DNA from: Hydrogenophaga sp.
Lineage (GTDB): Bacteria > Pseudomonadota > Gammaproteobacteria > Burkholderiales > Burkholderiaceae_C
Reading direction: 5' to 3'
Assembly (NCBI RefSeq): GCF_018780075.1
Contig: NZ_JADMKB010000114.1
Location: 2,446 to 66,445, forward strand
DNA: 64,000 nt
Shown here: piece by piece, positions 20,172-30,048 of the stretch
Layout of the letters: each line of letters opens with the position of its first letter
Position numbering within the stretch: the stretch's first letter is position 1
Position numbers and translations under genes: made by a program
Notes under the pieces: generated by a model
Databases searched by the model: none
Told to the model about the DNA's origin: nothing
Seen by the model: only the letters and a program-made list of their open reading frames with translations

Positions 20172-20789
20172 ATGAACTGGCGAGCCCAGGCCATGGGCCT
20201 GTTCCTGCTGGGGCTGGTCCGGGCGCTCACGGGCGCACAGGCCCGCTGGTACGGCTGCCCGCCCAAGGCCGAGCAGCGCATCTATTTCGCGAACCACCAG
20301 AGCCACGCCGACCTGGTGCTGATGTGGGCCGCCTTGCCCGAGGAATTGCGCAGCATCACCCGCCCCATCGCGGCCAAGGACTACTGGACCGCGTCGACCT
20401 TCAAACGCTGGATCACCACCGCCGTCTTCAACGCGGTGTATGTGGAGCGGGAGCGCAAGGGCGAAGAAGACCCGTTGCAGCCCCTGATCGACGCGCTCGA
20501 CAGCGGCGATTCGCTGATCCTGTTCCCTGAGGGCACGCGCGGCCACGAGGAAGATCCGCAGCCGTTCAAATCCGGCCTGTACAACCTGGCCCACCGTTTC
20601 CCCCGCGTGGTGCTGGTGCCCGCCTGGATCCACAACGTGCAGCGCGTGATGCCCAAGGGCGAGGTGATTCCGGTTCCGGTGCTGTGCTCGGTCACCTTTG
20701 GCGAACCCCTGGCACTGGGGCCGGACGAAGCCCGCGCCGACTTCCTGCGCCGCGCGCGCGAGGCCGTGATGGCGCTGCGGGACGTCTGA
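20172..20789 (+). CDS. Lysophospholipid (1-acyl-sn-glycerol-3-phosphate) acyltransferase family protein
   Basis: HX4D motif NHQSHAD, and FPEGTRG. Confidence 0.85.
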   Translation: MNWRAQAMGLFLLGLVRALTGAQARWYGCPPKAEQRIYFANHQSHADLVLMWAALPEELRSITRPIAAKDYWTASTFKRWITTAVFNAVYVERERKGEEDPLQPLIDALDSGDSLILFPEGTRGHEEDPQPFKSGLYNLAHRFPRVVLVPAWIHNVQRVMPKGEVIPVPVLCSVTFGEPLALGPDEARADFLRRAREAVMALRDV

Positions 20790-20826
20790 ACATGCCCATC
20801 CACGCACCCCACCGGGCCACCGCCGC

Positions 20827-21813
20827 ATGACCTCCTTCCTGCGCAGCCTCAGCGCCGAGCAACAGGTCAGCCTGGTGTTCGTGGTCCTGTTCGGCCTGCT
20901 GGTGCTGGCCAGCGGTGTGGCCCTGCTGCTCTCGTTGCGCGAGCGCAAGAAGGCCGATCCGGTGCCCGACCGCCACCAGCGGCTGCAGGACTACCAGGCC
21001 CTGCTGCGCAATTCTTGGCTCATGGCGCTGGTGTTCTGGGTGGGCTGGGCGGCCGGCGACGGCGTGGCCATCGTGCTGTTCGGCTTCGTGTCGTTCTTCA
21101 TCCTGCGCGAGTTCATCAGCCTCTCACCCACACGGCGCGGCGACCACCGCAGCCTGGTGCTCGCCTTCTTCATCGTGCTGCCGTTGCAGTACGCGCTGGT
21201 CTGGAACCGCGAGTTCAACCTGTTCACCGTGTTCATCCCGGTCTACGTGTTCCTCGCGATTCCGGTGGTGAGCGCGCTGGGCAACGACCCGCAGCGGTTT
21301 CTGGAGCGCAACGCCAAGCTGCAGTGGGGCATCATGGTCTGCGTCTACGGCATGAGCCATGTGCCGGCCCTGCTGCTGCTGAACTTCCCGCGGTTCGCCG
21401 GCAAGACCGCCTTCCTGGTGTTTTTCCTCGTGCTGGTGGTGCAGACCTGCATGCTGGTGCAGCATGTCGTGGCGTGGCGCCTGAACCGGCCGGTGGCGCC
21501 CGCCATCAGCCAGAGTTTTCAGTGGCGCAGCTGGGGCGCCGGGCTGCTGGCCGGCGGTCTGCTGGGCGCGGCGCTGGCAGGCTTGACGCCGTTCAAGCCC
21601 CTGCCCGCGCTGGCCATGGCCCTGATCGCCTGCGCCGCCGGCTCGCTCGGCCACCTGGTGATGAAGGCCATCAAGCGCGACCGGGGCATCACCCACTGGG
21701 GCTCGGCCGGTCGCTCGGTCACCGGCACCAGCGGCCTGCTCGACCGGGTGGACGCCCTGTGTTTTGCGGCCCCGGTGTTCTTCCACTCGGTGCGCTGGAA
21801 CTTCAACCTCTGA
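20827..21813 (+). CDS. Phosphatidate cytidylyltransferase (CdsA) family membrane protein
   Basis: Polytopic membrane protein. C-terminal signature KAIKRDRGI...[12 protein letters not shown]. Confidence 0.8.
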   Translation: MTSFLRSLSAEQQVSLVFVVLFGLLVLASGVALLLSLRERKKADPVPDRHQRLQDYQALLRNSWLMALVFWVGWAAGDGVAIVLFGFVSFFILREFISLSPTRRGDHRSLVLAFFIVLPLQYALVWNREFNLFTVFIPVYVFLAIPVVSALGNDPQRFLERNAKLQWGIMVCVYGMSHVPALLLLNFPRFAGKTAFLVFFLVLVVQTCMLVQHVVAWRLNRPVAPAISQSFQWRSWGAGLLAGGLLGAALAGLTPFKPLPALAMALIACAAGSLGHLVMKAIKRDRGITHWGSAGRSVTGTSGLLDRVDALCFAAPVFFHSVRWNFNL

Positions 21814-21826
21814 GGCACCGATCACC

Positions 21827-22375
21827 ATGCGCATCCTTGGCATCGACCCCGGACTGCAGTGCACCGGCTTTGGCGTGGTCGACACCGAAGGCGCCGACCT
21901 GCACTACGTGGCCAGCGGCACGATTCAGACCAGTCCGAAGGACGGCGCCCTGCTGCCGGAGCGGCTAAAAATCCTGTTCGACGGCATCAGCGAGGTGGTG
22001 AAACGTTACCAGCCCGAGGTCTCGGCCTGTGAGATCGTGTTCGTCAACGTCAACCCCCAGGCCACCCTGCTGCTGGGTCAGGCACGCGGCTGCTGCCTGA
22101 CCGCGCTGGTGGCCAACGGCTTGACGGTGGCCGAGTACACCGCGTTGCAGCTGAAAAAAGCCGTGGTCGGCTACGGCCGTGCCGACAAGGCGCAGATGCA
22201 GGAGATGGTGAAGCGGCTGCTGAAGCTGCCCGGCCTGCCCGGCAAGGACGCGGCCGACGCGCTGGGCCTGTGCATCACCCACGCGCAGGTGGCGCGCTCG
22301 GTGGCGGCGATCAACAAGGTGTCGCCACTGCAGGCGCGGACACACGCGGCCTACAAGGGCGGTCGGAGTTACTGA
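21827..22375 (+). CDS. ruvC: Crossover junction endodeoxyribonuclease RuvC
   Basis: [18 protein letters not shown]... from the internal ATG 21827. 182 aa. Confidence 0.93.
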   Translation: MRILGIDPGLQCTGFGVVDTEGADLHYVASGTIQTSPKDGALLPERLKILFDGISEVVKRYQPEVSACEIVFVNVNPQATLLLGQARGCCLTALVANGLTVAEYTALQLKKAVVGYGRADKAQMQEMVKRLLKLPGLPGKDAADALGLCITHAQVARSVAAINKVSPLQARTHAAYKGGRSY

Positions 22376-22387
22376 CTCCGCTTTTTT
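22364..22387 (+). terminator. Intrinsic terminator of ruvC
   Basis: CGGAGT-tactg-ACTCCG followed by CTTTTTT. The loop and stem contain the ruvC TGA. Confidence 0.7.
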
Positions 22388-22446
22388 CGCCCAGGTTTCT
22401 CATCGTTTCACCCTTCGGGACACGGTCCGCGTGGGCAGGGGCAGGA

Positions 22447-22768
22447 GGCCCGGGTGTTCGTTCTCCGTCCCACCTCTCGGGCGGCTGCCCGTGCGCTCTG
22501 CCGTTGCTTCATCAACACGGTTGTAGCGAACCACCGCGTGCGCAACCGCGAATGGGGCCTCCGCCCGCCCACCCAACCCACCTGCCCCCAAAGTGATGTG
22601 CGAGCGAACCAGCTGGCTCGCCGACATGTCTTTGGGGACGGTGGTGGCTCCCCCGGGCGCAGGCACCATTCGCCGTTACCACAGAGGCGGTTCACCAGAC
22701 CAGTGTTGACGAGGGAACGGCTGTGCGCCCAATCACCCGACGGCGAGCGTGGGCCGGAGAACGGGGGT
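22447..22768. repeat. Approximately 320-nt imperfect palindrome / extended hairpin centred on CAGCTG (22610-22615)
   Basis: Paired blocks read by eye: 22459-67 with 22755-63 (9 bp), 22469-73 with 22749-53, 22500-05 with 22716-21, 22512-18 with 22703-09, 22548-55 with 22666-73 (8 bp), 22562-67 with 22654-59, 22586-93 with 22630-37 (8 bp), 22596-99 with 22624-27, and 22601-05 with 22616-20. No credible ORF on either strand. Confidence 0.75.
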
Positions 22769-22843
22769 GACGCCATCGGCCCGCGCGAGGTACATGCGCG
22801 AAAACCAGGCACTCCAAAAACCGTTCAAAGAGGACGCGGAAAC

Positions 22844-23020
22844 TCAGAGCAAACGCTCAAGCACCAGGATGCCGAAGAACCCCAGCGCAGCAAACAGGGC
22901 CACCTTGAGAACCACCCAGCCCCAATGCAGGTAGCGTGGGTTGCGGGTGACGGCGTAGGCCGCGAAGCACACGCCCGAGACGATCAGCAGCAGAACCAGC
23001 GCGAAGCGCAGCAACAGCAT
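22844..23020 (-). CDS. Small two-helix membrane protein (58 aa) downstream of lpxC
   Basis: Not in the track (under 60 aa). MLLLRFALVLLLIVSGVCFAAYAVTRNPRYLHWGWVVLKVALFAALGFFGILVLERLL*. Third codon positions are almost all G/C. It starts 24 nt after the lpxC stop. The SD is weak. Confidence 0.5.
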   Translation of the reverse strand: MLLLRFALVLLLIVSGVCFAAYAVTRNPRYLHWGWVVLKVALFAALGFFGILVLERLL

Positions 23021-23043
23021 GGTCTGGGTCGCTCGGGCTGGGC

Positions 23044-23967
23044 CTACCAGGCCGGGGCCAGCTGAGCGAAACCGCTGGGGGCCTCGCGCTCGTGGTCGAA
23101 GCTCACGACCTCGTAGGCCTCGGGCTGCGCCAGCAGCGCGCGCAACAGCAGGTTGTTCAGCGCGTGGCCGCTGCGGAAGGCGCTGTAGGCGGCCAGCAGC
23201 GGCTTGCCGATGATGTAGAGGTCGCCGATGGCATCAAGGATCTTGTGTTTGACGAACTCGTCCTGGTAACGCAGGCCGTCGGCGTTGAGCACCTTGACGT
23301 CGTCCATCACAATGGCGTTGTCCAGCCCACCGCCGAGCGCCAGGCCGTGGGACCGCATCATCTCGACATCACGGGTGAACCCGAAGGTGCGGGCCCGGGC
23401 GATCTCGCGCGCATAACGCCCGCTGCCCATGTCGAACTCCACGCGCTGGCCGCTGGAGTTCACCGCCGGGTGATCGAACTCGATCTCGAAGGCCAGTTTG
23501 TAGCCATGGAACGGGTCCAACCGCGCCCATTTGAGCGAGCGGCCCTCACCCTCTCGCACCTCCACCGGCCGCTTGAGCCGGATGAACCGCTTGGGCGCCT
23601 TCTGCATGGCGATGCCGGCGCTCTGGAGCAGGTAAACAAACGAGGCCGAGGAGCCGTCGAGGATGGGGACCTCTTCGGCCGTGATGTCCACGTACAGGTT
23701 GTCCAGACCGAGCCCGGCGGCGGCGCTCATGATGTGCTCGATGGTCTGCACCTTGACGCCACCGTTGGAGATCGTCGAGGCCATGCGCGTGTCGGACACG
23801 GCATCGGCATTGACCGGAATCTCCACCGGCTCGGGCAGATCGACGCGGCGGAACACGATGCCGGTGTCGGGCGCGGCCGGCCGCAGCGTCAGCTCCACGC
23901 GCTGACCGCTGTGCAGACCGACGCCAACCGCCTTGGTGAGAGATTTCAGGGTGCGTTGAGCGAGCAT
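23044..23967 (-). CDS. lpxC: UDP-3-O-acyl-N-acetylglucosamine deacetylase
   Basis: [31 protein letters not shown]... full length, 307 aa. Confidence 0.96.
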   Translation of the reverse strand: MLAQRTLKSLTKAVGVGLHSGQRVELTLRPAAPDTGIVFRRVDLPEPVEIPVNADAVSDTRMASTISNGGVKVQTIEHIMSAAAGLGLDNLYVDITAEEVPILDGSSASFVYLLQSAGIAMQKAPKRFIRLKRPVEVREGEGRSLKWARLDPFHGYKLAFEIEFDHPAVNSSGQRVEFDMGSGRYAREIARARTFGFTRDVEMMRSHGLALGGGLDNAIVMDDVKVLNADGLRYQDEFVKHKILDAIGDLYIIGKPLLAAYSAFRSGHALNNLLLRALLAQPEAYEVVSFDHEREAPSGFAQLAPAW

Positions 23968-24059
23968 CCAGTGATTTTAGTTTTGTGGACGAAAACGCGC
24001 TGACCAGAAAAACTATCCCGGCGATTGGACTTCTCCCCAACCAGCCCAGCGAGGTTCGC

Positions 24060-24165
24060 CAGCGCCCCTGCGAGCGAGCGCCGGGAACGCCGTGGAACCG
24101 GCTTTGCCGGGCCACCAGCGTTGTCCCCCCTCCGGGGGGAAGCGGCGCAGCCGCGCAGGGGGGAA
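24060..24165 (-). repeat. REP-like repeat, copy G (reverse orientation)
   Basis: The reverse complement reads CCCCCCTGCGCGGCtgcGCCGCTTCCCCCCggaGGGGGGacaaCGCTGGTGGCCCGGCaaaGCCGGTTCCACGGCG. It lies between the ftsZ stop and the lpxC start. Confidence 0.8.
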
Positions 24166-24170
24166 TCCTC

Positions 24171-25379
24171 TCAATCCGCCTGCTTCCGCAGGAAAGCCGG
24201 GATCTCGAAGTCGTCCATCCCGCCCGACGCCAGCGCATCCACCTTGGCCGCGGCCTGGGTGCGGTTGGTGCGCCACACGCTGGGCACGGCCATCGAGTGG
24301 TAGTCGGGCTGGGCGGCGCCAGCACCACCCACCACCGCGTTCACCGTGGGCACATTGAACGGCGTGTTGTCGGTGCCGGTGCGCAGCACCTGCAGCGGGG
24401 GCGCGGTGCGGCGAACACCCTGGCGGCTCAGGCCGGTGGCGACCACGGTGACGCGCATTCCGTCGCCCAGCTCGTCGTCGTAGGCGGCACCGTAGATCAC
24501 GTGCGCGTCCGGCGAAGCGTAGGCGCGGATCGTGTTCATGGCCAGCTTCGATTCCGACAGCTTGAGTGAGCCCTTCGCGGCAGTGACGAGCACCAGCACG
24601 CCCTTGGCGCCCGAGAGGTCGATGCCTTCGAGCAGCGGGCAGGCCACGGCCTGCTCGGCGGCGATGCGCGCGCGGTCCGGGCCGGCGGCCACGGCGGTGC
24701 CCATCATGGCCTTGCCGGGTTCGCCCATCACGGTGCGCACGTCTTCGAAGTCGACGTTCACGTTGCCGTACTCGTTGATGATCTCGGCGATGCCGCCCAC
24801 GGCGTTTTTCAGCACGTCGTTGGCGTGGGCAAAGGCCTCGTCCTGCGTCACGTCGTCGCCCAGCACCTCGAGCAGCTTGTCGTTGAGCACCACGATCAGC
24901 GAGTCCACATTGGCTTCGAGTTCGGCCAGGCCCGCGTCGGCGTTCTGCATGCGCTTGCCGCCTTCGAAATCGAAGGGTTTGGTGACCACGCCCACGGTCA
25001 GGATGCCCATTTCCTTGGCCACTCGGGCGATCACGGGCGCGGCACCCGTGCCAGTGCCCCCGCCCATGCCGGCGGTGATGAAGAGCATGTGCGCGCCGTC
25101 GATGGCGGTGCGGATTTCGTCGATCGCGAGTTCGGCGGCCTCGCGGCCCTTTTCGGGCTTGCTGCCCGCGCCCAGGCCGCTGGCACCGAGCTGGATGGTG
25201 CGACCGGCGGCGCTGCGGGTGAGCGCCTGCGCATCGGTGTTGGCGCAGATGAACTCCACGCCCTGCACGTGGCGGGAAATCATGTGGTCCACCGCGTTGC
25301 CACCGCCACCGCCGACGCCGATCACCTTGATCTGCGTGCCTGCGTTGAATTCCTCGACTTCAATCATTTCGATGCTCAT
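24171..25379 (-). CDS. ftsZ: Cell division protein FtsZ
   Basis: GVGGGGGNAV and GGGTGTGAAP tubulin signatures. ATG 25379 is preceded by AGGAGA. 402 aa. Confidence 0.97.
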   Translation of the reverse strand: MSIEMIEVEEFNAGTQIKVIGVGGGGGNAVDHMISRHVQGVEFICANTDAQALTRSAAGRTIQLGASGLGAGSKPEKGREAAELAIDEIRTAIDGAHMLFITAGMGGGTGTGAAPVIARVAKEMGILTVGVVTKPFDFEGGKRMQNADAGLAELEANVDSLIVVLNDKLLEVLGDDVTQDEAFAHANDVLKNAVGGIAEIINEYGNVNVDFEDVRTVMGEPGKAMMGTAVAAGPDRARIAAEQAVACPLLEGIDLSGAKGVLVLVTAAKGSLKLSESKLAMNTIRAYASPDAHVIYGAAYDDELGDGMRVTVVATGLSRQGVRRTAPPLQVLRTGTDNTPFNVPTVNAVVGGAGAAQPDYHSMAVPSVWRTNRTQAAAKVDALASGGMDDFEIPAFLRKQAD

Positions 25380-25569
25380 GTTGCTCTCCTGGGTGTGCCC
25401 TTGACCGCTGGGTTCCGGGCGTTGTTTCAATTCAAAAAATCGGATTCGGTTCGTCGTGCTGTGGGGCGCCTCAGCCAGGCGGTCCGGTGCAATCGGCGCA
25501 TCGGGATCGGGGAAGAGGCCGGGTCCGAGCCGACAAGGGCAGCGTCGATCTGGCTCCGCCAGTCGACAG

Positions 25570-25617
25570 GTGCCGCCCCCTTGAGGGGGTGACGCGCGAC
25601 AAGCGCGGCGCAGGGGT
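25570..25617 (-). repeat. REP-like repeat, partial copy J (first two hairpins only)
   Basis: The reverse complement reads CCCCTGCGCCGCGCttgtcGCGCGTCACCCCCtcaaGGGGGCGGCAC. It lies in the 252-nt ftsA-ftsZ spacer. Confidence 0.65.
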
Positions 25618-25631
25618 GATCAATGGCGTCA

Positions 25632-26861
25632 TCAGAATGTCCCCACAAACCAGTTTTTCATGCGGTCCAGTGCGCTCTGCATGGAGCCCGCCTTCTGCGC
25701 CACCTTGTGGCCGCGCACCCGGGCGATCCGTGCCTCTTCCAGCAGGCCCATGACCGTCGCTGCGCGCGGCTGGGCCACCATGTCGGACAGCGCAGAGGCG
25801 TAGTGCGGCATGCCCCGGCGAACGGGCTTGAGGAAGATGTCCTCCCCGAGCTCGACCATGCCCGGCATGACCGCGCTGCCGCCCGTGAGCACGATGCCCG
25901 ACGACAGCACCTCTTCAAACCCCGAGTCGCGGATCACCTGCTGCACCAGCGCAAAGATCTCTTCCACCCGCGGCTCGATCACGCCCGCCAGCGCCTGGCG
26001 GCTGAGCATGCGTGGGCCGCGATCGCCCAGGCCGGGCACTTCCACCTGCTGGTCCGGGTCGGCCAGCAACTGCTTGGCGCAACCGTGTTCGACCTTGATG
26101 TCTTCGGCGTCTTTGGTGGGCGTGCGCAACGCCATGGCAATGTCGCTGGTGATCAGGTCGCCCGCGATCGGGATCACGGCCGTGTGGCGGATCGCACCGC
26201 CCGCGAAGATCGCGACGTCGGTGGTGCCGGCGCCGATGTCCACCAGCGCCACGCCGAGTTCTTTCTCGTCGTCGGTCAGCACGGCCTGGCTGGAAGCCAG
26301 CGGGTTGAGCATGAGCTGGTCCACCTCCAGCCCGCAGCGGCGCACGCACTTGATGATGTTCTCGGCCGCGCTCTGCGCACCGGTCACGATGTGCACCTTG
26401 GCCTCCAGGCGGATGCCGCTCATGCCGATGGGCTCTTTCACTTCCTGACCGTCGATCACAAACTCTTGCGGCTCGACCAGCAGCAGGCGCTGGTCGGTGG
26501 AAATGTTGATGGCCTTGGCGGTCTCGATCACCCGCGCCACGTCGGCCTGGGTGACCTCGCGGTCCTTGATGGCCACCATGCCGCTGCTGTTGATGCCGCG
26601 GATGTGGCTGCCGGTGATGCCGGTGTAGACGCGGGCGATGCGGCAGTCGGCCATCAGCTCGGCCTCTTTCAGCGCCTGCTGGATGCTCTGCACCGTGGCG
26701 TCGATGTTGACCACCACGCCGCGCTTGAGGCCGTGGCTGGCCGACACGCCCAGGCCGGCGAGCTTGAGTTCACCCGTGGCCTGGACCTCGGCCACCACCA
26801 CCATGATCTTGGCGGTGCCAATGTCCAGTCCCACCACCAAATCCTTGTATTCCTTGGCCAT
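25632..26861 (-). CDS. ftsA: Cell division protein FtsA
   Basis: MAKEYKDLVVGLDIGTAKIMVVVAEV..., actin-like ATPase. 409 aa. Confidence 0.96.
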   Translation of the reverse strand: MAKEYKDLVVGLDIGTAKIMVVVAEVQATGELKLAGLGVSASHGLKRGVVVNIDATVQSIQQALKEAELMADCRIARVYTGITGSHIRGINSSGMVAIKDREVTQADVARVIETAKAINISTDQRLLLVEPQEFVIDGQEVKEPIGMSGIRLEAKVHIVTGAQSAAENIIKCVRRCGLEVDQLMLNPLASSQAVLTDDEKELGVALVDIGAGTTDVAIFAGGAIRHTAVIPIAGDLITSDIAMALRTPTKDAEDIKVEHGCAKQLLADPDQQVEVPGLGDRGPRMLSRQALAGVIEPRVEEIFALVQQVIRDSGFEEVLSSGIVLTGGSAVMPGMVELGEDIFLKPVRRGMPHYASALSDMVAQPRAATVMGLLEEARIARVRGHKVAQKAGSMQSALDRMKNWFVGTF

Positions 26862-26874
26862 GATCGTTTTCTGT

Positions 26875-27669
26875 TCAGCGGGTTGGTGTTGGTTTCTTGG
26901 GGTCGTCTTCGGTCACCGTGGTCACGCCCTGCACACGCAGCGCGTAGCCATTGGGGTAACGCAGGTCCACGGTCTGCAGCGCGCCGGGGTAGCGCTGGGT
27001 CAGCTGGCCCAGGGTGGCGGTGAAGCGGCGGGTGCGCTCCAGCAGGTCTTCGGGGGTGCCACGGCCCAGCTCGATGTGGGCGCCGTTGTCGAGTTCGGCC
27101 CGCCAGTTGCCGCGCTCGTTGAGCTCCAGCCGCACCAGGCCCATCTCGAGGCGGCCCAGTTCGGCCGACAGCGTCTGGTACAGCGCCCACACCTGCGGCG
27201 CCTGCTCCACCGGGCCCGCCAGCTCGGGCAGGCCATCGCCGTCGTCGGGGCTGGCCTCGAACACCTCGCCCAGGCGGCTGACCAGCTGGCCCGACCCGGC
27301 CTGACCCCACCACGCCACCGCCTGGTGCTCTTCGAGCGTGACCCGCAGGCGGTTCGGAAACTCGCGCTGCACCCGCGCCTCGCGCACCCAGGGCACGGTC
27401 TGGAACAGGGCCCGCACCAGCTGCAGATCGACGGTGAGGAAGCTGGCGCTCAGCTGCTTGCGCATCTGGGCCGCCAGCTGGGCACGCAGCCCCACGGCGT
27501 TCTGGTGGGACACCTCGCCCTGCACAGTGATGGCGCGCAGGTTCCAGACCGGATGGCGGGCGATCCAGGTGCCGACCACCCCCAGGCACAGGACAACAAA
27601 CACCATCACCAGGCCACGGGTGACCAGGGTCATGAGCTTGACGTCCAGGGGCAGATCGGCGCGGTCCAT
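26875..27669 (-). CDS. ftsQ: Cell division protein FtsQ
   Basis: N-terminal TM helix followed by a POTRA-like region (NLRAITVQGE...). Positioned between ddl and ftsA. Confidence 0.88.
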   Translation of the reverse strand: MDRADLPLDVKLMTLVTRGLVMVFVVLCLGVVGTWIARHPVWNLRAITVQGEVSHQNAVGLRAQLAAQMRKQLSASFLTVDLQLVRALFQTVPWVREARVQREFPNRLRVTLEEHQAVAWWGQAGSGQLVSRLGEVFEASPDDGDGLPELAGPVEQAPQVWALYQTLSAELGRLEMGLVRLELNERGNWRAELDNGAHIELGRGTPEDLLERTRRFTATLGQLTQRYPGALQTVDLRYPNGYALRVQGVTTVTEDDPKKPTPTR

Positions 27670-27679
27670 GGTGTGGGTC

Positions 27680-28642
27680 TCAGCCGGGTTTGGCCGGGTT
27701 GTCCAGCGACGCGCTGGCGAGCAGCGTGAGGCACAGGTCTTCGTACGACAGGCCGGCCGCCCGCGCCGACATGGGCACCAGCGAATGGCCGGTCATGCCG
27801 GGCGAGGTGTTGATCTCCAGCAGGTAGGGCTTGCGGGTCTTCGCGTCGATCATCACGTCGGCCCGCGCCCAGCCACGGCAGTCCAGCGTGAGGAAGGCCT
27901 GCAGCACCAGCGCCTGGATGGCGGTCTCCTCGCCTTCCGGCAGGCCGCAGGGCACGAGGTATTTCGTGTCGTCGGTGAAGTACTTGTGCTGGTAGTCGTA
28001 GTTGCCGTCGGGTGCCACGATGCGGATCACCGGCAGGGCGCGGGCGGCGGCGCCGGTGCCGAGCACGGGGATCGTCACCTCGTCGCCGGCGATGAACTGC
28101 TCGCACATCACCATCGGGTCCTGGCCCGAGGCGAGCGCGTAGGCGGCGTCGCACTGCTCCAGCGTGGTGACCTTGGTCAGACCGATGGTGGACCCCTCGC
28201 GCACGGGCTTGACGATCATGGGCGAGCCCAGCGCGGCGAACGCGGCGCGGGTGTCGGCGGCGCTCTTCACCTGGCGCCAGGCCGGGGTGGACAGGCCTTC
28301 GGCGATCCAGATGCGCTTGGTCATGAGCTTGTCCATGGCCACGGCCGAGGCCATGACGCCGGGGCCGGTGTAGGGAATGCCCATCAGCTCCAGCGCGCCC
28401 TGCACCGTGCCGTCTTCACCGAAACGGCCGTGCAGCGCGATGAAGCAGCGGTCGAAGCCCTCGCGCTTGAGCTCGGACAGATCGCGCTCGGACGGGTCGA
28501 ACGCGTGGGCGTCCACCCCCTTGCTTTTCAACGCGGCCAGCACGCCGCTGCCCGACATCAGCGAGACCTCGCGCTCAGCGGAACGCCCGCCCAGCAGCAC
28601 CGCCACCTTGCCCATGCTGTTTGCATCCACTGTTGCGCTCAT
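27680..28642 (-). CDS. ddl: D-alanine--D-alanine ligase
   Basis: [22 protein letters not shown]... ATP-grasp protein. ATG 28642 forms an ATGA overlap with the murC stop. Confidence 0.93.
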   Translation of the reverse strand: MSATVDANSMGKVAVLLGGRSAEREVSLMSGSGVLAALKSKGVDAHAFDPSERDLSELKREGFDRCFIALHGRFGEDGTVQGALELMGIPYTGPGVMASAVAMDKLMTKRIWIAEGLSTPAWRQVKSAADTRAAFAALGSPMIVKPVREGSTIGLTKVTTLEQCDAAYALASGQDPMVMCEQFIAGDEVTIPVLGTGAAARALPVIRIVAPDGNYDYQHKYFTDDTKYLVPCGLPEGEETAIQALVLQAFLTLDCRGWARADVMIDAKTRKPYLLEINTSPGMTGHSLVPMSARAAGLSYEDLCLTLLASASLDNPAKPG

Positions 28643-30048
28643 TGGCGGCCTCCCTGTGCCATCTCGATCACCTGTCCCGACACCGCGCCGATGGTGCCGG
28701 CGCCCATGCACAGCACCACATCACCATCGCGCGCGTTGTCCATCACCGCCTGCGCCATGTCCGCGATGTCGTCCACGAACACCGGCTCCAGCTTGCCCGC
28801 CACGCGCAGCGCGCGCGCCAGCGAGCGGCCGTCGGCGGCCACGATGGGGGTCTCTCCGGCGGGGTACACCTCGGCCAGCAACACGGCGTCGGCATGGCCG
28901 ATGACCTTCACAAAATCCTCAAAACAGTCGCGGGTGCGGCTGTAGCGGTGCGGCTGGAAGGCCAGCACCAGGCGGCGGCCCGGGAAGGCCCCGCGCGCGG
29001 CAGCCAGCGTGGCCGCCATCTCCACCGGGTGGTGACCGTAGTCGTCCACGATGGTCGCCCGGCCGCCGGAGGGCAGCGCCGCTTCGCCATACAGTTGGAA
29101 GCGACGCCCCACGCCCTTGAACTCGGCCAGCGCCTGCTGCACCGCCGCGTCGGGCACGCCGAGTTCGTCGGCGATGCCGATCGCCGCGAGCGCGTTGAGC
29201 ACGTTGTGCTGGCCCGGCAGGTTGAGCACCACCTCCAGCGGCGGTTGCTCGCCGCCGTTGTTGCGCAGCACGGTGAAGTGCATCTGGCCATCCACGGCGC
29301 GCACGTCCACCGCGCGCATCTGGGCGTCCTCCGAGAAGCCGTATCCGGTGATGGGGCGGGCGATCTGCGGCAGGATCTCGCGGATCGCCGGGTCGTCCAC
29401 GCACACCACCGCCGCGCCGTAGAACGGCATGCGGTGCAGGAACTCGATGAACGCCCCCTTGAGCCGGCCGAAGTCGTGGCCGTAGGTGTCCATGTGGTCG
29501 GCGTCGATGTTGGTCACGACCGAGAGCACCGGCAACAGGTTGAGGAACGAGGCGTCCGACTCATCGGCCTCGACCACGATGTACTCGCCCGAGCCCAGCT
29601 GAGCATTGGCGCCCGCGCTGTTGAGGCGTCCACCGATCACGAAGGTGGGGTCCAGCCCGGCGGCGGCGAGCACGCTGGCCACGAGGCTGGTGGTCGTGGT
29701 CTTGCCGTGCGTGCCCGCGATGGCCACACCCTTTTTCATGCGCATCAGCTCGGCCAGCATCACCGCGCGCGGCACCACCGGCACCAGCTTCGCGTGCGCG
29801 GCCACCACCTCGGGGTTGTCTTCCTTCACCGCGGTGGAGGTGACGATGGCATCGGCGCCCTCGATGTAGGCCGCGTCGTGGCCGACATGCACCTGTGCGC
29901 CCATGGATTCCAGGCGGCGCGTCGCGGCGTTCTCGCCGAGGTCGCTGCCGGTGATGCGGAACCCCTGGTTCAGCAACACCTCGGCGATGCCGCTCATGCC
30001 CGAGCCACCGATGCCAACGAAGTGAATGTGTCGAATGGCGTGTTTCAT
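28639..30048 (-). CDS. murC: UDP-N-acetylmuramate--L-alanine ligase
   Basis: [25 protein letters not shown] and [11 protein letters not shown] 30048 forms an ATGA overlap with the murG stop. Confidence 0.95.
   Translation of the reverse strand: MKHAIRHIHFVGIGGSGMSGIAEVLLNQGFRITGSDLGENAATRRLESMGAQVHVGHDAAYIEGADAIVTSTAVKEDNPEVVAAHAKLVPVVPRAVMLAELMRMKKGVAIAGTHGKTTTTSLVASVLAAAGLDPTFVIGGRLNSAGANAQLGSGEYIVVEADESDASFLNLLPVLSVVTNIDADHMDTYGHDFGRLKGAFIEFLHRMPFYGAAVVCVDDPAIREILPQIARPITGYGFSEDAQMRAVDVRAVDGQMHFTVLRNNGGEQPPLEVVLNLPGQHNVLNALAAIGIADELGVPDAAVQQALAEFKGVGRRFQLYGEAALPSGGRATIVDDYGHHPVEMAATLAAARGAFPGRRLVLAFQPHRYSRTRDCFEDFVKVIGHADAVLLAEVYPAGETPIVAADGRSLARALRVAGKLEPVFVDDIADMAQAVMDNARDGDVVLCMGAGTIGAVSGQVIEMAQGGRQ

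Noticed and set aside
22376-22843. Tested the long noncoding gap for known RNAs: RNase P RNA, tmRNA, 6S, cobalamin riboswitch and tRNA.
   Set aside because: I could not find the diagnostic strings on either strand. Absent are GGAAAGTCCGGGC and ACAGAACCCGGCTTA for RNase P, a tag ORF plus a tRNA-like 3' end for tmRNA, a B12 box, and a GGTTCGAATCC-type T-loop. The region is therefore reported only as an unclassified palindrome. A covariance-model scan is still needed.
24013-24358. Short ORFs running through repeat copies (e.g. 24013-24276, 24025-24303, 24092-24358, 50095-50448, 57907-58191, 19102-19431).
   Set aside because: Their similar peptides (PLRG..AAQPRRG and the like) are translations of the REP-like repeat in different frames and orientations, not a protein family.
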